64,000 nucleotides of DNA from Acidimicrobiia bacterium. GTDB lineage: Bacteria > Actinomycetota > Acidimicrobiia > Spongiisociales > ZC4RG35. The notes under the pieces were generated by a model that made no database searches, had not been told where the DNA came from, and saw only the letters and a list, made by a program, of their open reading frames with translations. Where the stretch lies: the NCBI GenBank assembly GCA_036556665.1, contig DATBIX010000029.1, positions 6,429 through 70,428 of the forward strand, given 5' to 3'. Of the stretch, positions 9,625 to 19,641 are shown piece by piece (within the stretch, counting starts at the first letter, position 1; each line of letters begins with the position of its first letter). The translations under genes were made by a program, and so were the position numbers.

Positions 9625-10626
9625 TCGGCCCGAGACGACGAGAACGGCGGCACCGGTCACCCTGTCCTGGGCCAGGTCGAGCAGGGCCCGACTCGCCTCG
9701 GAGAAGTCGTAGGCCACGGTGGTGGGCCTGATCGGGATGCGCGCGGCGATGTCGAGAAACTCACGGCCATCCTGACGGGTGTTGGCAGTGACCGACCTGA
9801 TCTGACGCTCCTCGAACAGCCATCGATACTCGAGCGCCGGGATATCGGTCAGGTGGATGCCGGCGATCGCCAACGTGCCGCCCCTGTGCAACGCCCGCAA
9901 AGCGGGCGGGACGAGATCCCCGACCGGGGCGAATAGGATGGCGGCATCGAGTCTCTCCGGAGGCTCGTCATACGCATCTCCCGCCGAGGAGCATCCCAGG
10001 TCCAGGGCCAGTCGGCGCGCCTCCTCAGACCGGGTCATCACATGCACCGTCGCCCCCTGGTAGATGGCGATCTGAGCGGTCAGATGAGCGGAGCCTCCGA
10101 ACCCGTAGATGCCGAGCCGTCCCCCTGGTGGCAACTCGGCACGGCGAAGGGCGCGATATCCGATGATCCCGGCGCAGAGCAAGGGAGCAGCCTCGTCATC
10201 GCTGAATACCTCCGGTATGGCATAGGCGTATCCCTCGGCCACGACCGCGTGCTCGGCGTATCCCCCGTCGGCGTCCCAGCCGGTGAACTCCGGTGACACA
10301 CAGAGGTTCTCAGAGCCGGCGAGGCACCACGGACAGGCGCCGCAGGTCTGCCTCAGCCAGGCGATCCCGACCCTGTCCCCGACTCCGAAGCGACTTGCCC
10401 CGGGGCCGATCGCATCGACCACTCCGACCACCTCGTGGCCCGGCACCACCCGGGCCCGATGGACTGGCAGATCACCCTCGACCACGTGGAGATCGGTGCG
10501 ACACACCCCGCACACCGAGACCCTGACCCTGATCTCGCCTCGACCCGGCGATGGCGTGGCCACGTCGGCGAGTTGGAGCGGTTCGCTCTCCATCGGTCCG
10601 GGGGTGTGAACCTGCCAGGCGCGCAT
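9514..10626 (-). CDS. zinc-binding alcohol dehydrogenase family protein
   Basis: [23 protein letters not shown]...ENLC, YGFGGSA. Confidence 0.92.
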   Translation of the reverse strand: MRAWQVHTPGPMESEPLQLADVATPSPGRGEIRVRVSVCGVCRTDLHVVEGDLPVHRARVVPGHEVVGVVDAIGPGASRFGVGDRVGIAWLRQTCGACPWCLAGSENLCVSPEFTGWDADGGYAEHAVVAEGYAYAIPEVFSDDEAAPLLCAGIIGYRALRRAELPPGGRLGIYGFGGSAHLTAQIAIYQGATVHVMTRSEEARRLALDLGCSSAGDAYDEPPERLDAAILFAPVGDLVPPALRALHRGGTLAIAGIHLTDIPALEYRWLFEERQIRSVTANTRQDGREFLDIAARIPIRPTTVAYDFSEASRALLDLAQDRVTGAAVLVVSGRSEHEQAGKGEVDGQGEQVLDHRRQRPAPKSRVQPGP

Positions 10627-10637
10627 GGTGCGGGAAA

Positions 10638-11588
10638 CTAGGAGCCGGTGTCTTTGCGTGCCCGCCCGGTGAGACCCTCTGTGAGCAAGGCCACCAGGAG
10701 CGCCTGCTCGGTGTGAAGCCGGTTCTCCGCCTGATCCCCGACCACCGATTGCCTCCCATCGAGAACGGCATCGACGACCTCGTCACCACGATGAGCCGGG
10801 AGACAATGCATGAAGATGGCGTTGGGCGAGGCCAGGTCCATCATCGCCTCATCGACCCGGAATGGGGCGAGCAGGGCCATTCGCCTCTCCTGGGGCTCCG
10901 GCGGGTCGCCAATGGGCCACACGTCGGTGTAGACGACATCGGCATCCTTGACCGCCTCGGCCGGGTCGTGACCGAGGTCGATGGTGGCTCCGGTTCGCCG
11001 GGCCACTGCCCTTGCCCGGTTCACCACTCCCCTGTCGGGAGCAAGTTCGGCCGGGGTGCCGACGACGAGGTGCAAACCCGCCAGGGCCGCAGCCTGGATG
11101 AGGCTGTGAGCCACATTGTTGCCATCGCCGAGGTAGGCGACCCGCCGGCCCTGCAGTGAGCCGAGGTGGTCTCTGACGGTGAGCATGTCCGCCAGAGCTT
11201 GACATGGGTGATGCATGTCGGTCAGGGCATTGATCACGGGGATCGTCGCCGCCGATGCGAATCTGGTCACTTGGCTGTGCTCGAAGGTTCCGATCACAGC
11301 AGCGCTCGCGTATCGGGACACGACCATGGCAGTGTCTTCGATCGTCTCAGCCCCGTCGAGCTGCAGCTCGGCGGGCCCAACGAATTCGGCCTCGCCGCCA
11401 AGGTGGGTGATGGCAGCGGCGAACGAGATGCGGGCCCGGGTGGAAGGCGTGGAGAAGTAGCAGAAGACGATCTCGTCGGCGAGAAGGCCGTCGCGCAAGT
11501 GCGGCATCTCACGGGCCTCCAGAGCTAGGTCGAGGAGCCGGTTGAGATCGTCCCGTGTGAGGTCGAGGACCTCGAGATAGTCCTTCAC
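10638..11588 (-). CDS. ornithine carbamoyltransferase-like transcarbamylase, divergent active site
   Basis: [23 protein letters not shown] present; STRA, IGTF and DVWPIG replace STRT, IRTF and SMG; GTG start 11588. Confidence 0.85.
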   Translation of the reverse strand: MKDYLEVLDLTRDDLNRLLDLALEAREMPHLRDGLLADEIVFCYFSTPSTRARISFAAAITHLGGEAEFVGPAELQLDGAETIEDTAMVVSRYASAAVIGTFEHSQVTRFASAATIPVINALTDMHHPCQALADMLTVRDHLGSLQGRRVAYLGDGNNVAHSLIQAAALAGLHLVVGTPAELAPDRGVVNRARAVARRTGATIDLGHDPAEAVKDADVVYTDVWPIGDPPEPQERRMALLAPFRVDEAMMDLASPNAIFMHCLPAHRGDEVVDAVLDGRQSVVGDQAENRLHTEQALLVALLTEGLTGRARKDTGS

Positions 11589-11665
11589 ATCCGTCCCTTG
11601 GTCGTGCCTTGCCAACGTAAGCCCGCACAGCTGCTGGGGGCCAGCGGCGTTTTCCTCCCCTACAT

Positions 11666-11679
11666 GGGACCTAATGCCC
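11666..11679. promoter_or_regulatory. DosR/DevR-like box between OTC-like gene and amino acid permease
   Basis: GGGAC-CTAA-TGCCC; AACGAT (11703-11708) 23 nt downstream. Confidence 0.55.
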
Positions 11680-11740
11680 TTGTCGCCGGGCGAGATCATC
11701 CGAACGATGAGGGGGTTGGGCCTGACAAGGAGGTGCTCTC

Positions 11741-13129
11741 GTGACCGTGCAGAGTCACACGAAGAGGCGAGCCCTGGGGCCTTGGTTGGCGACCGCCCTG
11801 GTCGTGGGCAACATGATCGGGTCGGGCGTCTTCCTTCTCCCCGCCGCGCTCGCCGAATACGGTGGTATCAGCCTCATCGGATGGCTGTTCACCGGTGCCG
11901 GAGCCGTGCTCCTGGCAATCGTCTTCGCCCGGCTGGGCCGGGCCTACCCGCGGACCGGCGGCCCCTATGAGTACAGCCGACGGGCCTTCGGGGAGTTCGT
12001 CGGGTTCCAGACGGCCTGGGGCTACTGGATCGCGATCTGGGCCGGGAACGCAGCCATCGCCGTGGCTTTCGTCGGCTACCTGGCAGTGTTCTGGGAGGGC
12101 TTGGCGGACAACGCCCTGCTCGCCGCGTTGGTGGCGGTTGGGGCCATCTGGCTGCTGACCTGGGTCAATGCCCTCGGGGTGAAGCAGGGCGGATGGGTCC
12201 AGGGGATCACGACGGTCTTGAAGGTCCTGCCCCTGCTCGCCATGGCGACAATCGGGCTCTTCTTCATGGACACCGCCAACTTCACCCCGTTCAACCTGAG
12301 CGGCGGCTCGGCTTTCGCCGCGGTGACTGCGGTGGCAGCCTTGACTCTCTGGGCATTCATCGGACTGGAGTCGGCCACTGTGCCGGCTGAAGACGTGCTC
12401 GATCCTGAGCGCAACATTCCGAGAGCGACCATCTGGGGGACGGTCGGCACGACGCTGATCTACATCCTCAGCACGGTTGCGGTGCTCGGGATCATCCCGG
12501 CGGCGACCCTTGTCAACTCGACGGCTCCTTTCGCCGATGCAGCGGAGTCTGCCTTTGGCGGCTGGGCGGGGACCCTGGTGGCGATCGGTGCCATCATCGC
12601 CACGTTCGGTGCGCTGAACGGCTGGATCCTGTTGCAGGCCCAGATCCCGATGGCGGCGGCTCGTGATCGGCTCTTTCCGAGCAGGTTTGGTCGCACCAAT
12701 CGAGCCGGCGCACCGGTGTTCGGGCTGGTGGTCTCCAGCGCCCTCGTGACGCTGCTGATGCTGGCCAACTACACCAAGGGGCTCGTCGAGCTGTTCACCT
12801 ACATGCTGCTCCTGGCAACGCTGACCACGCTGATCCCCTATGCCTATTCGGCGGCCGCCCAGCTGATGCTGTTCGTCACGGATCGGGAGAAGTTCTCCGG
12901 GATGCGCCTGGCCAAGGACTCCGTGATCGCCTCACTGGCGTTCGCCTACTCGGTTTGGGCCATCTACGGGGCGGGCCAGGAGGTTGTGTTCTACGGGCTG
13001 CTCCTCTTGCTTGCAGGGATCCCCATGTACGTGTGGGTGAAGTGGAGGAACAGGGTCCACGACGAGAAGCTGCCCGACGGGATCGTCATCCCCGACTCCC
13101 CTGCAGCGCTCTTCGACGGTTCGATCTGA
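11741..13129 (+). CDS. APC family basic amino acid antiporter (AdiC/ArcD-like)
   Basis: NMIGSGVFLLP, LWAFIGLESA, about 12 TM segments. Confidence 0.88.
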   Translation: MTVQSHTKRRALGPWLATALVVGNMIGSGVFLLPAALAEYGGISLIGWLFTGAGAVLLAIVFARLGRAYPRTGGPYEYSRRAFGEFVGFQTAWGYWIAIWAGNAAIAVAFVGYLAVFWEGLADNALLAALVAVGAIWLLTWVNALGVKQGGWVQGITTVLKVLPLLAMATIGLFFMDTANFTPFNLSGGSAFAAVTAVAALTLWAFIGLESATVPAEDVLDPERNIPRATIWGTVGTTLIYILSTVAVLGIIPAATLVNSTAPFADAAESAFGGWAGTLVAIGAIIATFGALNGWILLQAQIPMAAARDRLFPSRFGRTNRAGAPVFGLVVSSALVTLLMLANYTKGLVELFTYMLLLATLTTLIPYAYSAAAQLMLFVTDREKFSGMRLAKDSVIASLAFAYSVWAIYGAGQEVVFYGLLLLLAGIPMYVWVKWRNRVHDEKLPDGIVIPDSPAALFDGSI

Positions 13130-13140
13130 GAGGAGGAGAC

Positions 13141-14502
13141 ATGAAGAAGATCGTGATCATGGGAGCAGGGGGAAGGGACTTCCATGACTTCAACGTCGTT
13201 TATCGGGACGATCCCGACACACGTGTCATCGCGTTCACCGCAGCCCAGATCCCTGGCATTGCGGGTCGGGTGTACCCGCCCGCCCTGGCCGGCCCCCTCT
13301 ATCCCGAGGGGATACCGATCATGGACGAAGCCGACCTGGCCGATCTGATCGCGCGGGAGAAGGTGGATCAGGTGGTCTTCGCCTACAGCGACCTCTCCCA
13401 CGTCGAGGTGATGCACAAGGCCTCCCTGGCGCTGGCCCAGGGCGCAGACTTCGCCATGATCGGGCCGGCCCGGACCATGCTCTCCAGCACCAAGCCGGTC
13501 GTCGCCGTTTGCGCCGCCCGCACGGGTTGCGGGAAGAGCCAGACCAGCCGGTGGATCGGCAAGATCCTGACCGAGGCAGGCCTCGACGTCTCATTGATCC
13601 GCCACCCGATGCCCTACGGCAATCTGGAGCGGATGATGGTGCAGCGTTTCGAGACGATCGAGGACATCGATGCCTCGGACCCGACTATCGAGGAGCGTGA
13701 GGAGTACGAGGAGCCGGTGAGGGCAGGCCTCCTGATGTGGGCCGGAGTCGACTATGCCGAGATCCTGCACCGGGCCGAAGAGGAGTCCGACGTGATCGTC
13801 TGGGACGGCGGGAACAACGACTTCCCCTTCTATCGCCCGGATCTCTTCGTCACGGTGGTGGACCCCCTCCGGCCGGGTCACGAGCTGGAATACCACCCGG
13901 GCGAGATCAACGTGCGGATGGCGGACGTTGTCGTGATCAACAAGATCGACGTCTCCAACCCGCACGATGTGACGCTGGTCATGGAAAACGTCCGATCGGT
14001 CAACCCGAAGGCGACCATCGTCCAGACCGCCTCACCGGTTCGCCTGGAACCGGGACCCGAGTTGGCCGGGAAGAGGGTGCTGGTGGTGGAGGACGGCCCG
14101 ACCCTCACCCATGGCGGAATGCCTTTCGGGGCAGGGACAGTGGCCGCCCGTCACGCCGGGGTCGGAACCATCGTCGATCCGCGACCCCATGCCGTCGGCT
14201 CCATCGTCGACACGTTCTCCAGGTTCCCCATGCTGGGCCCCGTTCTCCCGGCAATGGGCTACGGCGAAGCGCAGCTTCAGGAGTTGGAGGCGACGATTCG
14301 CAACGTGCCGTGTGACGTCGTCGTGACCGGCACACCCATCGACCTGGGGCGGCTGATCGAGGCCGGGCACCCGGTGCGCCGGGCGGTCTACGAATCGGTG
14401 CAACTCGGTGAGCCGAGGCTCGAGGAGGTCCTGCGCGGTGTCATCGACGAGGCCTGGAATCGGAGGCAATCGACGGGCCCCTACGAGATAGCCGCCGGCT
14501 GA
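13141..14502 (+). CDS. cyclic 2,3-diphosphoglycerate synthetase-like P-loop enzyme; probable arginine synthetase (ArcE) homolog
   Basis: IMGAGGRDFHDFN, FTAAQIPGI, RTGCGKSQT, RHPMPYG, EEREEYE, WDGGNND, EDGPTLTHGGM; RBS AGGAGG. Confidence 0.8.
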   Translation: MKKIVIMGAGGRDFHDFNVVYRDDPDTRVIAFTAAQIPGIAGRVYPPALAGPLYPEGIPIMDEADLADLIAREKVDQVVFAYSDLSHVEVMHKASLALAQGADFAMIGPARTMLSSTKPVVAVCAARTGCGKSQTSRWIGKILTEAGLDVSLIRHPMPYGNLERMMVQRFETIEDIDASDPTIEEREEYEEPVRAGLLMWAGVDYAEILHRAEEESDVIVWDGGNNDFPFYRPDLFVTVVDPLRPGHELEYHPGEINVRMADVVVINKIDVSNPHDVTLVMENVRSVNPKATIVQTASPVRLEPGPELAGKRVLVVEDGPTLTHGGMPFGAGTVAARHAGVGTIVDPRPHAVGSIVDTFSRFPMLGPVLPAMGYGEAQLQELEATIRNVPCDVVVTGTPIDLGRLIEAGHPVRRAVYESVQLGEPRLEEVLRGVIDEAWNRRQSTGPYEIAAG

Positions 14503-14603
14503 AGTCGATCGACCCTGCAGGGCGGGCCGACCTCGTCGAGGCCTTCCGACGATGTGACTTTGTTCTCTGGCGAGCGGGAAAGCCCAGGACGGATCATTGG
14601 GTC

Positions 14604-15551
14604 ATGAGATACGGCACACGCACCCGTCGCTACGTCGTGTCCCTGGCGGCGATGTCTCTGATTCTCGCCGCCTGTGCCACCGAAGCAGGCGACGAATCCA
14701 CCACCAGCGAGGGTGCCACCAGCACCACCGCGGCGAGCACGACTACCGGCTCCGCCGAGACGTCGACCACGACAGTCCCATCAACGACGACCACCGCAAC
14801 GGAGACCTCCGGCTTTGTCGTCTACTTCATGCTCGAGGAGCTCGACGTGGACGACGGAACGCCGGGGCCATACCTGGTCCCGGTGTTTCGAGAGGCCCCT
14901 GAATCGGGCATCGAGGCAGAGACCGTGATGACGCTCCTGCTCGAAGGGCCCAATTCGGGTGAGACCTCCGGCGTCCCGCCGATCTCGACGGCTATCCCGG
15001 ACGGGACCTCGCTGCTCGGAGTGACGGTCGAATCCGGTCTGGCCACAGTCGATCTGAGTGGCGAGTACGACGACGGCGGAGGGAGCTTCGGCATGTTCGC
15101 CCGTCTCGCCCAGGTGGTCTACACCCTGACCCGCCTGCCCGATGTCGAGGAGGTTGCCTTCAGTGTCGATGGGACACCCGTTACCACGTTCTCGTCGGAG
15201 GGCATCGAGCTCGACGGGCCGCAGAGTCGGGAGGACTACTACGACCTGCTCCCGCCAGTCTTCGTCGACAGCCCGGCGTGGGGCCAGCCGGTCACCTCAC
15301 CAGTCTCGGTCTTCGGCCTTAGCAACGTCTTCGAGGCGGTGTCCCAGGTGATGCTGACCGACGATGACGGCCTGCCTCTCTTCGAGGATCACGTGATGGC
15401 AACGTGCGGCACCGGCTGCTGGGGCGAATGGTCTGTCGACATCACCTACGATGTCGACCGCGAACAGTTCGGGGCCCTGATCGTCTGGGAGATCTCGGCC
15501 AAGGACGGGAGCCAGGTCAACGTGCGCGAGTACCCGGTCATGCTCGGCTGA
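14604..15551 (+). CDS. GerMN-domain lipoprotein with C-terminal Ig-like (Gmad2-like) domain
   Basis: Lipobox ILAAC, Thr-rich linker, ATVDLSGEY...QVVYTLT GerMN motif, GLSNVFEA. Confidence 0.75.
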   Translation: MRYGTRTRRYVVSLAAMSLILAACATEAGDESTTSEGATSTTAASTTTGSAETSTTTVPSTTTTATETSGFVVYFMLEELDVDDGTPGPYLVPVFREAPESGIEAETVMTLLLEGPNSGETSGVPPISTAIPDGTSLLGVTVESGLATVDLSGEYDDGGGSFGMFARLAQVVYTLTRLPDVEEVAFSVDGTPVTTFSSEGIELDGPQSREDYYDLLPPVFVDSPAWGQPVTSPVSVFGLSNVFEAVSQVMLTDDDGLPLFEDHVMATCGTGCWGEWSVDITYDVDREQFGALIVWEISAKDGSQVNVREYPVMLG

Positions 15552-15570
15552 TACCGCCGACGCGCACAAA

Positions 15571-15584
15571 GGGCCGTTGGACTC
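15571..15584 (+). promoter_or_regulatory. DosR/DevR-like box upstream of hsp20
   Basis: GGGCC-GTTG-GACTC; CACCAT (15608-15613) 23 nt downstream. Confidence 0.5.
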
Positions 15585-15687
15585 TGGACGGGCACCGACC
15601 CGGGACGCACCATCGAATCAACAAGCCTCGGCCGCGTCGGGCCACGCCGGGTCAAAGGCATCAGGTCCGAGAGGGGAGGTGAACTGT

Positions 15688-16134
15688 ATGGAACTGAAGT
15701 TGTGGTCTCCGTTCCTCGATCTCGACAAGGAGTGGCGCTTCGACTTCCCGCGCCTCCTCGACTTCCCCATGCTGGGTCGTGAGTTGACCGGATTCGAATT
15801 CCGGCCGGCCATCGATCTGGTCAAGGAGGAGGGCGAGCTGGTGGCCACTATCGAGCTGCCCGGAATGGACCCGAAGGACATCGACGTCTCCATCGAGGGC
15901 GACTACCTGACCATCAAGGGCGAGAAGCACGAAGAGAAGGAGGTGTCCGAGGACGATCGCTACTTCCGTGAGCGGAGCTATGGCAAGTTCGAGCGGCGCT
16001 TCCGGCTCCCGGAAGGGACCAGCGCCGACAAGATGAGCGCGATGTACGACAAGGGCGTGCTCACACTGCATATCACGCTTCCGGAGGAGAAGCAGCTAGA
16101 GCCCCTCCACATCCCGATCGAGGCCAAGACCTGA
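15688..16134 (+). CDS. Hsp20/alpha-crystallin small heat shock protein
   Basis: ELPGMDPKDIDVSI, ERSYGKFERRFRLP, YDKGVLTLHI; RBS GGAGGT. Confidence 0.93.
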   Translation: MELKLWSPFLDLDKEWRFDFPRLLDFPMLGRELTGFEFRPAIDLVKEEGELVATIELPGMDPKDIDVSIEGDYLTIKGEKHEEKEVSEDDRYFRERSYGKFERRFRLPEGTSADKMSAMYDKGVLTLHITLPEEKQLEPLHIPIEAKT

Positions 16135-16149
16135 TCGACGATTTGCTCT

Positions 16150-16185
16150 GATGCGAGGAGATGAGAGTGCTCGTCTCCTCGCATC
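16150..16185 (+). terminator. 16-bp stem-loop after hsp20
   Basis: GATGCGAGGAGATGAG-AGTG-CTCGTCTCCTCGCATC; no U tract. Confidence 0.6.
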
Positions 16186-16221
16186 GCGTCTTCACCCCTG
16201 GCGCCCTCCTATGGTGTTGAG

Positions 16222-18984
16222 GTGCTCCCCGGGCCCTCACTGATGGTGCCGAGCCGGCAAGACCAGGCCGACGTAGCCGAGATGGCAACCGAGGAGGTCT
16301 ATCGGGCCCTCGGCACATCGCCGTCGGGTCTGACCCAGGAGGAGGCGGCCGAGCGGCTCGCCGTTCATGGCCCCAACACGATCAGCCCGATCTCACGGAG
16401 ACGCCTCGTATCGAGGCTCCTGTCGAACTTCGTGCACGTGATGGCGATTCTGCTTTGGGTTGGCGGCGCCGTTGCGTTTCTCGCCGATCTGCCGCAGCTC
16501 GGAGTGGCCATATGGGTGGTCAACGTGGTCAACGGCATCTTCAGCTTCTGGCAGGAGTTCAAGGCGGAAAAGGCGACGGAAGCCCTGCTCCGCCTTCTCC
16601 CCTCCACGGCCACGGTCCTTCGGGAAGCGGTGCTCGAGCAGGTGGATGCCACCGCACTCGTACCCGGCGACGTGGTCTTCATCGAAGAGGGTGACCGCAT
16701 CTCGGCCGACGGCCGGCTGGTGGAGCACGTGGCGCTGCGCGTCGACCAATCCACCCTCACCGGCGAGTCACGCTTGGTCCGCAAGGCCTCGGATCCGGTC
16801 GACACGGCAGGAAGGAGCCGCCTCGAGCTGCCCAATCTGGTGTTTGCCGGTACCACGGTGGGGTCGGGGCGGGGAAAGCTGGTCGTCACCTCGACCGGGG
16901 CCGGGACCGAGCTCGGCGGCATCGCCGCCCTGACCGGGTCACTGGCCGACACCCCCAGCCCCCTCCAGCGCGAGTTGAGGAGGGTCAGTCTCACTGTCAG
17001 CATCGTGGCGATCGGTGTCGGAGTGGTCTTCTTCATCCTGGCGCTCGCCCTGGGTGGTTTGCCCCTGGCCACCGGCTTCGTCTTCACCCTGGGGATGATC
17101 GTCGCCTTCGTCCCCGAGGGGCTCCTCCCCACCGTGACCCTCGCTCTCGCGATGGGCACCCAGAGAATGGCGGCACGCAACGCCTTGGTGAGGAAGCTGT
17201 CGGCGGTGGAGACCCTGGGGTGCACAACGGTGATTTGCACCGACAAGACCGGCACACTGACTCAGAACGAGATGACCGTCCGCTCGGCCCTCGTCGGCGG
17301 TCGGCGATATGAATTCGAGGGAGTCGGGTACCAGCCTGAGGGTCGGATCCATCCCGGGCCGGACGATGGCCTGGTCACACTTCTGGCCACCGCGGCTCGC
17401 GCCTCCAATGCGCGCCTGGTGCACAACGATGGAGACACCGGGAGACTGACCGTGGTCGGCGACCCGACCGAGGGCGCAATCCTCACCGCCGCAATGAAGG
17501 CGGGAATCGATCTCGACGTCCTGAGCTCGGATGCTCCCCGCGTCGCCGAATGGCCGTTCGACCCGGTTAGGAAGCGAATGAGCTCCGTGGCGCGCATGGG
17601 CGGGGAGTTGGTGGTCGCGACGAAGGGGGCTCCCGCCGAGCTCCTCGAGCGCTGCTCCTCACTCCATTCCGCCGATGGAACGCTGGCCCTCGAAGTGGAC
17701 GACCGAAAAGGGATCATCCAGGCGGTGAATGCGGCTGCGGCCGAGGGCCTGAGAGTCCTGGGGGTTGCACGTCGGGTGATCGACCATCTCCCCGATGAGC
17801 GCGAGGACTTCGAGATCGACCTCGAGTTCATCGGGCTGGTCGCCATGCACGACCCGCCGAGACCCGAGGTCGAGGCGGCCATCGCCAGTTGTAGGAGCGC
17901 GGGCATCCGGATCGTGATGATCACAGGGGACTATGGGATAACCGCTGAAGCGATCGGGCGCAGGATCGGCATGGTCGGTGAGGGCCAGGTGAGGGTGGTC
18001 AACGGCGACGAGATGGACGCCATCGATGACGCCGCCCTCGGCGCGATCCTGGACGATGAGGTGATCTTCGCCAGGGTGACCCCTTCTCACAAGATGCGGG
18101 TGGTCGCCGCTCTCCAGGATCGCGGTGCGGTGGTTGCGGTCACCGGGGACGGGGTCAACGATGCCCCGGCTCTCAAACTGGCCGACATCGGGGTCGCCAT
18201 GGGGCAGTCCGGCACCGACGTCGCCCGGGAGGCAGCCGACATCATCCTGCTCGACGACAACTTCGCATCGATAGTCGCCGCCATCGAGGAAGGGCGGGCC
18301 GTCTATGACAACATCAAGAAGTTCACGACCTACATCCTCACGTCCAACGTGCCCGAAGCCGTCCCGTTCGTGGTCTTCGCATTCTCCGGTGGGCGAATCC
18401 CGCTCGCATTGGGCGTGATGCACATCCTCGCCATCGACCTGGGCACCGACCTCGCCCCTGCCCTCGCCTTGGGGGCGGAGCCACCCGAGCCTGGTGTGAT
18501 GGACCGGCCACCCCGCTCGCTCGATGCCCGACTCATCGACCGGCCCCTACTTGCCCGCGCCTATCTCCTGCTCGGGCCGGTCCAGGCGCTCTTTGTCATG
18601 ATTGCCTTCTTCGGGGCCTACCGCCTGCAGGGTGTCGAGGACTGGTCCAACCTGGCCTCGTCGGGGACGATCTATCTCGCCGCCACGGCAATGGCGCTGG
18701 CAGGGGTGGTGACCACGCAAATCGGCAATCTCTTCGCCCAGCGATCGGCTCGGGTCTCGCTGCGCCGTATCGGTCTGGGAGGCAATCGCCTTCTCTGGTG
18801 GGGGATACTCTCCGAAGTGGTGGTCATTCTCCTCATCGTCTATCTGCCCCCGCTGCAGAGGGTCATCGGCACGGCTCCGTTCCCGCCGATCGGGTGGGCC
18901 TGGCTGCTTCTCGGAGTCCCCCTGCTGCCGCTGGCCGACGAAATCAGGAAAGCGCTCACCGCCCACCGGGGAAGAGCACGATGA
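16222..18984 (+). CDS. cation-translocating P-type ATPase, P2C (Na+/K+- or H+/K+-ATPase)-like
   Basis: TGES, DKTGTLT, GDGVND; IVAFVPEGLLPTVT, YILTSNVPEAVPF, ILAIDLGTD; start may be ATG 16243 or 16282. Confidence 0.88.
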   Translation: MLPGPSLMVPSRQDQADVAEMATEEVYRALGTSPSGLTQEEAAERLAVHGPNTISPISRRRLVSRLLSNFVHVMAILLWVGGAVAFLADLPQLGVAIWVVNVVNGIFSFWQEFKAEKATEALLRLLPSTATVLREAVLEQVDATALVPGDVVFIEEGDRISADGRLVEHVALRVDQSTLTGESRLVRKASDPVDTAGRSRLELPNLVFAGTTVGSGRGKLVVTSTGAGTELGGIAALTGSLADTPSPLQRELRRVSLTVSIVAIGVGVVFFILALALGGLPLATGFVFTLGMIVAFVPEGLLPTVTLALAMGTQRMAARNALVRKLSAVETLGCTTVICTDKTGTLTQNEMTVRSALVGGRRYEFEGVGYQPEGRIHPGPDDGLVTLLATAARASNARLVHNDGDTGRLTVVGDPTEGAILTAAMKAGIDLDVLSSDAPRVAEWPFDPVRKRMSSVARMGGELVVATKGAPAELLERCSSLHSADGTLALEVDDRKGIIQAVNAAAAEGLRVLGVARRVIDHLPDEREDFEIDLEFIGLVAMHDPPRPEVEAAIASCRSAGIRIVMITGDYGITAEAIGRRIGMVGEGQVRVVNGDEMDAIDDAALGAILDDEVIFARVTPSHKMRVVAALQDRGAVVAVTGDGVNDAPALKLADIGVAMGQSGTDVAREAADIILLDDNFASIVAAIEEGRAVYDNIKKFTTYILTSNVPEAVPFVVFAFSGGRIPLALGVMHILAIDLGTDLAPALALGAEPPEPGVMDRPPRSLDARLIDRPLLARAYLLLGPVQALFVMIAFFGAYRLQGVEDWSNLASSGTIYLAATAMALAGVVTTQIGNLFAQRSARVSLRRIGLGGNRLLWWGILSEVVVILLIVYLPPLQRVIGTAPFPPIGWAWLLLGVPLLPLADEIRKALTAHRGRAR

Positions 18985-19631
18985 GAGCCGTCGTCATCGG
19001 GTGCGGGAGAGTCGGCTCCGCCCTCGCCTACCTGCTCGAGATGAATGGCACCCAGGTCACCATCGTCGACCGCGACGCCAAGGCGCTCCAGAGGCTCGGT
19101 GAGGGGTTCCACGGCGAGATGCTCATCGGCGTGGGTCTCGACCAAGACCTACTGGAGAGAGCGGGGGTATCGAAGGCGGATGCCCTGGCGGCGGTCACCG
19201 GCAGCGACGAGACCAATGCCGTCCTGGCGCGGCTGGCCACACGCCGATTCCGCGTTCCGAGAGTGGTGGCGCGGATGTACGACCCGCGCCAGGCCGACCT
19301 CTACCGACGACTCGGGGTCATGACCATCTCGCCCGTCGAGTGGAGTGTCACCAAGTTCGGTCACCTGCTCAGCCTGCAAGATCTGGCTCCGATCAGTGCC
19401 ATCGGCGCAGGTCAGGTACAGGTCGTGGAGGCATCGGTGACGCCAGGGCTCGCCGGACGGGCGGCTGGAGAGCTGGAGGTCCCTGGGGAGACCAGGCTGA
19501 TCGCCCTGACCCGTGCCGGGCGGACCTTCCTCGGCGCCTCCAACGTGATCCTCGAGCCCGGCGACGTCGTCTCGATCGCTGTGACCTCGGGGTCCGAGAC
19601 GAGACTTCAGCAACTGCTGGGGCTCGGATGA
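18981..19631 (+). CDS. trkA: TrkA/RCK family NAD-binding potassium uptake regulatory protein
   Basis: VVIGCGRVG, AVTGSDETN, RCK_C; ATGA overlap with ATPase. Confidence 0.9.
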   Translation: MRAVVIGCGRVGSALAYLLEMNGTQVTIVDRDAKALQRLGEGFHGEMLIGVGLDQDLLERAGVSKADALAAVTGSDETNAVLARLATRRFRVPRVVARMYDPRQADLYRRLGVMTISPVEWSVTKFGHLLSLQDLAPISAIGAGQVQVVEASVTPGLAGRAAGELEVPGETRLIALTRAGRTFLGASNVILEPGDVVSIAVTSGSETRLQQLLGLG

Positions 19632-19641
19632 GGGAGGTCTG

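Noticed and set aside
14554-14567. GTGAC-TTTG-TTCTC upstream of the GerMN gene
   Set aside because: Too degenerate to count as a box without a computed matrix
14690-14800. ACC/ACG-rich repeats here and near 39300-39370 and 45470-45570
   Set aside because: They encode Thr-rich lipoprotein linkers, not CRISPR or mobile repeats
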